IMG/VR virus record: IMGVR_UViG_3300021387_000895
Location: 27,302-91,301 of that record
Origin: a virus
Lineage: Duplodnaviria > Heunggongvirae > Uroviricota > Caudoviricetes
Direction: 5' to 3' (one strand)
Length of the DNA stretch: 64,000 bases
A model generated the notes under the pieces. The model made no database searches, was not told the DNA's origin, and saw only the letters and a list, made by a program, of their open reading frames with translations. Each line of letters begins with the position of its first letter. Position 1 is the first letter of the stretch. Shown here in pieces: positions 57,666 through 64,000 of the stretch. Position numbers and translations under genes: made by a program.

Positions 57666-58059
57666 CAGAAAGGATATTCTTGATCAGGCTTTAAAGTGTG
57701 TAAATGGAGATCGGGATGAACAGTACGGCAATCCTGAAGATTCCTTCAAGTTGATTGCTGATTTTTGGATGAGCTATCTTAACAATTGTGGCGCATCGCG
57801 TTCCGAGATTTATATTCGGTCAAAGGATGTAGCGGCAATGCTTGCTTTGCTCAAGGTCGCAAGAATTTCGGGAGGTCAGTCGAAGCTTGATAATTGGATT
57901 GATCTTGCTGGGTATGCAGCTTGTGGCGGAGAGATTGAAAGCACTTATATTTCTGAGGAAACTGATTCTGAGATTGATGAAGATGCTAAAATGGCGTTTG
58001 ATGGATTCAAGAAAGCGGTTTCTGATATTTTTAGTTCCGAAGGTGTAGTAAAGGAATAA
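57658..58059 (+). CDS. phage nucleotide-pyrophosphohydrolase-like protein (MazG-like / dATP-dGTP diphosphohydrolase family candidate)
   Basis: GDRDEQYGNPEDSFKLIADFWMSYL...DVAAMLALLKVAR pattern; family assignment from memory, not verified. Confidence 0.3.
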   Translation: MVSRKDILDQALKCVNGDRDEQYGNPEDSFKLIADFWMSYLNNCGASRSEIYIRSKDVAAMLALLKVARISGGQSKLDNWIDLAGYAACGGEIESTYISEETDSEIDEDAKMAFDGFKKAVSDIFSSEGVVKE

Positions 58060-58096
58060 TTCTAAAATATTGATATTTTTTGGGAGGATTAAAATT

Positions 58097-58615
58097 ATGA
58101 ATAGTAACTATAGCTGCATGTATGATGAAGAGACTGGCCATTATATTGTCAAGGGCGCGACAGTCATGTTCCCAAATTTTGCAGGTGATGAGCAGGATTT
58201 CAACCCCGCAGGTAAGCGTAACTTCAAGCTTCTGCTCGACCAGGGTCTTGCGGATGAGCTTAAGAGCCGTGGTGTGAACGTTCGTGAACGTCCGCCTCGC
58301 GATGAAGATGATGAGCCCACCTATCAGGTTAAGATCGGTGTTTATGGCGATGCTGATATTCGTTTCCTCAGCGGTAAGGCTATGACTTCTATGACTATTG
58401 ATAATCATGACGAGTCCAATGACGACGGTCCTATGATTGATCGTGAGTTCCGTAAGGGTCATGTGATTAACGGTGAAATCAATATTGAATTCCATGTGTC
58501 TAAGAATACGAAGATTACTTCTTCTGCTCCATATCTGCGTCTTGATGGAGCTGTCATTCCGGTCCGCAAGAGCAGGCTGATGGAAGAGTACGAGGATTAC
58601 GAGATGCGTCGTTGA
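58097..58615 (+). CDS. hypothetical protein (possibly ssDNA-binding)
   Basis: GGGAGG RBS; strong terminator hairpin GGCCGGTC..GGCCGGTCC downstream. Confidence 0.35.
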   Translation: MNSNYSCMYDEETGHYIVKGATVMFPNFAGDEQDFNPAGKRNFKLLLDQGLADELKSRGVNVRERPPRDEDDEPTYQVKIGVYGDADIRFLSGKAMTSMTIDNHDESNDDGPMIDREFRKGHVINGEINIEFHVSKNTKITSSAPYLRLDGAVIPVRKSRLMEEYEDYEMRR

Positions 58616-58619
58616 TATT

Positions 58620-58668
58620 TTGATCAGCAATGCTGGGCCGGTCTTTAATAGGCCGGTCCTTTTCTTTT
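58620..58668 (+). terminator. rho-independent terminator
   Basis: GGGCCGGTCTTTAATAGGCCGGTCCTTTTCTTTT. Confidence 0.55.
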
Positions 58669-58786
58669 AACCGCTTATGGATATTTTATGTCTTAATATG
58701 GGTTTGATTCCCATTCAAGGCTTATACTAATTTTTAATAGGATTCGCGGTTTAAACATGCTCCTTAATAGAAAGGAGATGTGGTAA

Positions 58787-59026
58787 ATGCTGTATGTTTT
58801 GTGGTATTTTGCCATCGGAGCACTTGTTGTCACCATCGAAATGATGGCTATGAAGAAGATCGACCCCAAAGAGTTCAAAAAGTTCTGTGACTCTTTTGAA
58901 CGAAATGGGAAGTTCTTTGTGGTGCTGTTTATATTTCTGGGAATGACAGCTTGGCCGCTCCTGGCGTTGGAGACGTATACGAATGTTACTTTATACCTTG
59001 AAGAACGAAAGAAGAAAAAGTCCTGA
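58787..59026 (+). CDS. hypothetical small membrane protein
   Basis: Early motif (TTCGCGGTTTAAACATGCTCCTTAATAGAAAGGAG) upstream. Confidence 0.45.
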   Translation: MLYVLWYFAIGALVVTIEMMAMKKIDPKEFKKFCDSFERNGKFFVVLFIFLGMTAWPLLALETYTNVTLYLEERKKKKS

Positions 59027-59066
59027 GGATTTCTCAGGGCTTTAATCTTTTCTGTGGAGGTATCGT

Positions 59067-59318
59067 ATGAACATCATACTCTTTATCGATGGATATTTGA
59101 TTGTTGGTATTCTGATCACCGGTCTTGCCTTACTGTGGGCAAAGTACATAAGAAAATCGGATGTTGATTGTTGGATTCATGAGAATCCCGGGCTGATTCG
59201 TAAGCTTGTAGATATTCTCGAATGCGCTTTGGCATGGCCGCTTATTATGGTTGGTCTTGTTCTTGTAAGCGTGTTTGACATAATAAGGTATTGTAGAGGT
59301 AATAATGGCTCTGATTAA
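59067..59318 (+). CDS. hypothetical small membrane protein
   Basis: GGAGG RBS. Confidence 0.4.
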   Translation: MNIILFIDGYLIVGILITGLALLWAKYIRKSDVDCWIHENPGLIRKLVDILECALAWPLIMVGLVLVSVFDIIRYCRGNNGSD

Positions 59319-59355
59319 TTTCAGGGCCTTTATATTTTGATTTAGGAGGCTTACT

Positions 59356-61035
59356 GTGATGGGCGATTTGCCAAAACAGGTATACGACTTCAGCAAGCCT
59401 CCTGCTTCTGGCTGGAGTAACGCTGAAAAGATTGGATATTTGCAAAGGCGCGTTATCATACACTCAATAATCTATTATATGTTTGGGACGAGTGTAATAA
59501 GTGACCAGAAGTTTGATAGTCTGGGTCGACAACTTGTAGATCTAATGAATTCGTCTACAAAGGAAGAATGCGAGCAGAGCCAATATTGGTATGCGATGAG
59601 TACTTTTGATGCGACAACAGGCTTTGATATTTTCAGTAAGCTTAATCCTGAGGATCAGCATTACCTTCTTGATCTTGCTATGCTAATCATGGATAAAGCT
59701 GGCGTTGAGTATCAGCCTCTTAAAGTGGATGGCAAAGGCACTGATATTAAAAAAGAGAAAGTTCTTAGTTTAATGCCGCATCAGCAGGAAGCCATTGATA
59801 AATTGAATTCGGGATCTATTCTATGCGGCGGAACCGGAACTGGGAAGTCGATAACCGCGATAGCTTTTTACTATACGAAGATTTGTAATGGTGTGATCTG
59901 GGAAGACGGGCATACCGGACCTATGCTTAATCCGAAGCCGCTTTATATTATTACAACGGCTCAGAAGAGGGACAAGAAGGAATGGGACAGCGATCTTGGA
60001 TATTTTGATCTGACCCAGGTAATCATTCTGGTCGACAGCTGGAATAACCTACACAAGTATACCGATGTGTCTGGTGCTTTCTTTATATTGGATGAACAGC
60101 GAATAAGTGGAAATGGACAGTGGGTTGATTCGTTCTATGAGATAGCCAAAAAGAATGAATGGATATTATTGTCCGCAACACCTGGAGACAGGTGGACCGA
60201 TTACATTCCAGTGTTTGTGGCCAATGGATTTTACAAGAATAAGACCGCATTCTATAGACGACATGTGATATTTGATCCGTATGTTACAAAGTTCCCAAAG
60301 ATAAAAGGGTATATGGAGAAGGGCTTTCTTGAGTTTTTAAGAAGGAAGATAACGGTGCTTATGACTTATGAGAAGAATACGATTCCACATTGGAATGATA
60401 TTCAAATGGATTACGATAAAGAACTCTACAGAAAAGTCACGGTCGATCGTTGGGATCCATGGAATGATATTCCGATCGAGAACATTTCAGGAGCCTGCTA
60501 TTTGATGCGAAAGGCTGTTGCGATGACGACGATTGATGGATATTCAAATCACAAGCCTTTCACATGTAATGCAAGAGCTTTGAAGCTCTATCAGTTATGC
60601 GCTGAGAAACATCAAAAGCTTATAGTTTTTTATAATTTTGACTATGAGCTTGAGGCGATAAAGGAAACGATAAGAATCTGCAATGAAGAGATTGATTTAT
60701 ATTCTGGCGAATGTAGTTTTACGGTTGCTGAATGGAATGGTCATAAGCATGAACCGGTTCCGGATACAAAGAGGTGGATGTACCTTGTTCAGTATGCGGC
60801 TGGATGCGAAGGATGGAATTGCGTAGAGACAAACGCGATTGCCTTCTTCAGTATGAGTTATTCATACAAGCAGATGACCCAGGCAGCTGGACGGATCGAT
60901 CGCTTAAATACATCTTACCGCGATTTATATTATTATGTGTTTCAATCTGATGCGCCTATCGACAAAGCAATTCGAAAAGCGCTTAAAGGTAAAAAGGATT
61001 TCAATGAGAGTATATTCTGGAGTAAGGAGATGTAG
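59356..61035 (+). CDS. superfamily-2 helicase (SNF2/DEAD-like)
   Basis: Motif I GGTGTGKS, II ILDEQR, III LLSATP, VI QAAGRIDR. Confidence 0.7.
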   Translation: MMGDLPKQVYDFSKPPASGWSNAEKIGYLQRRVIIHSIIYYMFGTSVISDQKFDSLGRQLVDLMNSSTKEECEQSQYWYAMSTFDATTGFDIFSKLNPEDQHYLLDLAMLIMDKAGVEYQPLKVDGKGTDIKKEKVLSLMPHQQEAIDKLNSGSILCGGTGTGKSITAIAFYYTKICNGVIWEDGHTGPMLNPKPLYIITTAQKRDKKEWDSDLGYFDLTQVIILVDSWNNLHKYTDVSGAFFILDEQRISGNGQWVDSFYEIAKKNEWILLSATPGDRWTDYIPVFVANGFYKNKTAFYRRHVIFDPYVTKFPKIKGYMEKGFLEFLRRKITVLMTYEKNTIPHWNDIQMDYDKELYRKVTVDRWDPWNDIPIENISGACYLMRKAVAMTTIDGYSNHKPFTCNARALKLYQLCAEKHQKLIVFYNFDYELEAIKETIRICNEEIDLYSGECSFTVAEWNGHKHEPVPDTKRWMYLVQYAAGCEGWNCVETNAIAFFSMSYSYKQMTQAAGRIDRLNTSYRDLYYYVFQSDAPIDKAIRKALKGKKDFNESIFWSKEM

Positions 61036-61037
61036 AC

Positions 61038-61295
61038 ATGGAAGGTAAGAAGAGGACTGTCAGGATTCCGAGAAAGGGAGAAGTGTACGAGCATTTCAAA
61101 GGCAATCTTTATATTGTTGTCGGTCACGCACATGATACGGAGACCGGCGATATTCTGATCTTATACAAGCATTATGATCAGAAGAACAATCGCCATGCTT
61201 TTCTTTGGGCAAGACCTTTAGATATTTGGCGGAAGCCCAAAAAGATGGGAGATACAGAAATTGAGCGATTTAAGCTTCGGGAGGATTTGACATGA
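61038..61295 (+). CDS. small conserved phage protein (DUF1653-like)
   Basis: GEVYEHFKGNLYIVVGHAHDTETGDILILYK. Confidence 0.4.
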   Translation: MEGKKRTVRIPRKGEVYEHFKGNLYIVVGHAHDTETGDILILYKHYDQKNNRHAFLWARPLDIWRKPKKMGDTEIERFKLREDLT

Positions 61296-61819
61296 ATGAT
61301 AAGTTGTTGGTGGTCGTTGATATGCAGAACGACTTTATAGATGGTGAACTCGGATCAAAGCGAGCTCTTGATATTGTAGATCGGGTTGTTGAGAAGATAA
61401 AGAATTGGGATGGATCGATCATTGTTACAATGGACAGTCATGAGTCTGACAGCTATGATACGACTGAAGAAGGTAAGACGATCCCTGAGCATTGCATTTA
61501 TGGATCCAAAGGTTGGAGACTGAACAGCAAGGTGAATGAAGCCCTTGAAGCAAAAGGCGACTATTATATTTGCCAGAAGATCGATCGTTTTGCTACTCCG
61601 GAAATCGGAAGCTATGCAAGTACCAATCAGAAGGATTATGTAGAGTTTGTTGGTCTGTGCACGGATATTTGTGTAGTCAGCAATGTGCTCATGCTTAGAT
61701 CTATGAATCCGACGATTGATATTGCTGTGGACAGCACTTGCTGTGCTGGTTTGACTGAAAGGTCTCATGAAGCAGCACTTATGGTAATGGAAAATTGTTG
61801 TGTGGATATTCTTCGATGA
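61292..61819 (+). CDS. isochorismatase-family cysteine hydrolase (nicotinamidase/PncA-like)
   Basis: LLVVVDMQNDF, catalytic GLCTDICV, 175 aa. Confidence 0.65.
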   Translation: MNDKLLVVVDMQNDFIDGELGSKRALDIVDRVVEKIKNWDGSIIVTMDSHESDSYDTTEEGKTIPEHCIYGSKGWRLNSKVNEALEAKGDYYICQKIDRFATPEIGSYASTNQKDYVEFVGLCTDICVVSNVLMLRSMNPTIDIAVDSTCCAGLTERSHEAALMVMENCCVDILR

Positions 61820-62117
61820 GCTTTGAGGGGCTTCGGTCCCTCAGCTCTATTTTTTTCTGTTTCTTCTAGTGATAAGTTTTTTCGCACCCGAAACACGCAT
61901 TATAGTAGAGGGAAGACAGAGAGTGTGCCATTGAGTTCGTGGCAGACTCTTTATATTTTGTTTTTCATCGGCGGACACTCCTTTAAAGTTTTTCCCTGCT
62001 AACCATACCGAACAAGTTTCCTCGACATGCCGGTGGCCTTTCGTCAGGTCGGACAAAGTCTTCCCTCGTTTGAGGAAAACAGCTTATTGATATTTTGCAT
62101 AAGAGGCGATCCCACAT

Positions 62118-62414
62118 ATGAAAGAGAGCAAATTCCAAAGAGATTTGAAGCAGGAGCTCAGAGAAAGATTTCCTGGCTGTATCGTATTAAAGAATGATCC
62201 AAACTATTTGCAGGGTGTTCCGGATCTATTGATATTGCATGGGAAGCATTGGGCGAGTCTTGAATGCAAGCGTGACGCAAATGCGTCGCATCAACCTAAC
62301 CAGGATTACTATGTGGACAAAATGGATGGGATGAGCTATTCGAGATTTATATTTCCTGAGAACAGGGAAGAAGTGCTCAACGAATTAGAGTCATTCTTTG
62401 GCGATAGAAAGTGA
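62118..62414 (+). CDS. VRR-NUC domain nuclease
   Basis: QGVPDLLIL...ASLECKR PD-(D/E)xK core in a ~100 aa protein. Confidence 0.55.
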   Translation: MKESKFQRDLKQELRERFPGCIVLKNDPNYLQGVPDLLILHGKHWASLECKRDANASHQPNQDYYVDKMDGMSYSRFIFPENREEVLNELESFFGDRK

Positions 62415-62432
62415 AAGGGTAATTGATATTTT

Positions 62433-63050
62433 ATGAATTGGAACAGGCATAACAATCTTGTCGGAAGTCATGCCATTCTCAGTGCAAGCAAGGCTGACTG
62501 GCTTGAGAAGGATGACGACGAATTGATATCTTCCGTAGTTAATTCCTATGCACCTACGATTGGAACTATTCTACATAAGTATGCCGCGGACAGGATATTC
62601 TATCGGGAGAAGATGAAGAAATCGGACATCAGTGGTGTAAAGTTTGATCTGCTCAGGAATGGGATACCTGAATACGCGATTGAACTTCAAATGATATTCC
62701 CAACGCTGATGAGCTATGTAAATGATGCCATAGGTTTTCAGATGGATTCAGAGATCCTTTTATATTACTCTGACTATTGCTTTGGGACCGCCGATGCCAT
62801 ACAGGTTGAAGGCGATACTTTGAGGATACACGATCTTAAGACAGGCGTTCGTCAGGCAAAGATGCGGCAGCTCATGGTTTATGCCGCACTTTTTTATTTG
62901 GAATACGGCATTAAACCGGAAAAAATGCGCACCGAGCTGCGTATATATCAGATGGACGAGATGCTCGTCTGCGAACCCGATAGCGTTGATATTCGGGAGG
63001 TGATGAAAAAGATCGTCGATAAGGATCGGGTTCTTCAGAAATTGAAGTAG
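62433..63050 (+). CDS. PD-(D/E)xK family nuclease (RecB/Cas4-like exonuclease fold)
   Basis: GTADAIQVEGDTLRIHDLKTG motif. Confidence 0.5.
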   Translation: MNWNRHNNLVGSHAILSASKADWLEKDDDELISSVVNSYAPTIGTILHKYAADRIFYREKMKKSDISGVKFDLLRNGIPEYAIELQMIFPTLMSYVNDAIGFQMDSEILLYYSDYCFGTADAIQVEGDTLRIHDLKTGVRQAKMRQLMVYAALFYLEYGIKPEKMRTELRIYQMDEMLVCEPDSVDIREVMKKIVDKDRVLQKLK

Positions 63051-63063
63051 GAGGTTAAAGACC

Positions 63064-64000
63064 ATGCTTTATGACGAATACGGGATTTACAAAGGAATGA
63101 TATCCGACAATGCTAAATCTCGACTGTCACACTACGGCACTCCAAGACACTCTGGCAGATATCCTTGGGGATCTGGTGAGAATCCGTATCAGCGCAATGC
63201 GGATTTTTTGGGTCAGATCGAAAAGATGCGAAAGCAGGGTGTCAGCGAAAAAGATATTGCCGCTTCAATGGGTATCAACACCAGCGAGCTGAGAAAGCGC
63301 AAGTCCCTGGCCAGGGCTGAGAATCGCGCATATTTATCAGCCGAAGCAAAGCGGCTCAAGGAAAAGGGAATGTCTACGTCCGCGATTGCAAGGCGGATGG
63401 AGATGAATGAATCGTCTGTTCGTTTGCTCCTTGACGAAGGCGTGAATGAACGCATGAGTTCCACCGCAAAGAATGCTGCTGTTCTCAAGAGCCGTGTCAA
63501 TGAGTATGACTACATTGACGTCGGCAAGGGATCTGAGGAGTATCTCGGGATATCTTCAACGAGCATGAATAATGCGCTTAAGATATTGGAGAATGAAGGC
63601 TATACGATTCACGAGGTTCCTGTGGAGCAGATGGGTACCGGCAAGATCACCAAGATCAAGGTGCTTGCCAAGCCCGGTGTAGAATGGCGAGAGGTTGCCC
63701 AGCATAAGGGTGACATTAAACCGGTTCAGGATCTCGGTTTATATTCTGAGGATGGCGGAGAGACGATAAGAAAGATCGAAAAGCCGGTGAGCATCGATCC
63801 TAAGCGGGTTGATATTTGCTATGCTGAAGATGGCGGCGAAGATAAGGATGGACTGATCGAGCTCAGGCGCGGCGTGGATGATATTTCACTCGGCAATGCC
63901 AGGTATGCTCAGGTTCGAATTCTTGTTGACGACAGCCATTATATTAAAGGTATGGCTGCCTATTCTGACGACCTGCCTCCGGGAATTGATATTCGGTTCA
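63064..64000 (+). CDS. HTH-containing protein, 3' end outside window (GC-richer than neighbours)
   Basis: Open frame from ATG 63064 to window end; two HTH-like segments (ASMGINTSELRKRKSLA, STSAIARRMEMNESSVRLLL); not in ORF track because no stop reached. Confidence 0.45.
   Translation, partial: MLYDEYGIYKGMISDNAKSRLSHYGTPRHSGRYPWGSGENPYQRNADFLGQIEKMRKQGVSEKDIAASMGINTSELRKRKSLARAENRAYLSAEAKRLKEKGMSTSAIARRMEMNESSVRLLLDEGVNERMSSTAKNAAVLKSRVNEYDYIDVGKGSEEYLGISSTSMNNALKILENEGYTIHEVPVEQMGTGKITKIKVLAKPGVEWREVAQHKGDIKPVQDLGLYSEDGGETIRKIEKPVSIDPKRVDICYAEDGGEDKDGLIELRRGVDDISLGNARYAQVRILVDDSHYIKGMAAYSDDLPPGIDIRF

Overview
This window is almost entirely phage DNA and is AT-rich (about 35-38% GC). Every convincing gene lies on the + strand; the minus-strand ORFs in the track look like overlap artefacts.

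Layout:
- 1-6.9 kb: end of a structural/lysis block. It holds two small membrane (holin-like) proteins, a tail-fiber-like gene with a sharply GC-rich mosaic segment, a beta-helix tailspike/depolymerase, and an endolysin with two SH3b repeats preceded by a GC-rich remnant of a second endolysin N-terminus. A tyrosine integrase follows.
- 7.0-19.4 kb: a hyperplastic block of about 40 tiny ORFs. Nearly every one sits in its own cassette of terminator hairpin, T-run, conserved TCGCG..AAACA..TAGTAGAAAGGAG promoter/leader motif and start codon. Two clear tRNA genes (Ile-UAU, Leu-UAA) and two tRNA-like elements are interspersed.
- 19.4-64 kb: a replication and nucleotide-metabolism region.
  - It carries a putative thymidylate-synthase (ThyX)-like enzyme, a dCTP deaminase, a ribonucleotide reductase split by a group I intron with a decayed GIY-YIG homing endonuclease, and a prohibitin/stomatin-type (SPFH) membrane protein flanked by four paralogous membrane proteins.
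  - A von Willebrand A (vWA) protein is followed by a small P-loop protein.
  - There is an adenylosuccinate-synthetase homologue of PurZ size and an HD phosphohydrolase. These resemble the aminoadenine (Z-base) genome pathway (PurZ/DatZ).
  - A phage sigma factor is followed by three tandem paralogs, then a P-loop kinase.
  - A 370-bp iteron-rich putative origin precedes a 1406-aa fused P-loop / primase-polymerase (AEP) / family B DNA polymerase.
  - The block ends with a MazG-like candidate, a superfamily 2 (SF2) helicase, a nicotinamidase-family hydrolase, and VRR-NUC and PD-(D/E)xK nucleases.

I could not run any searches; every call below rests on motifs read directly in the translations and the sequence.
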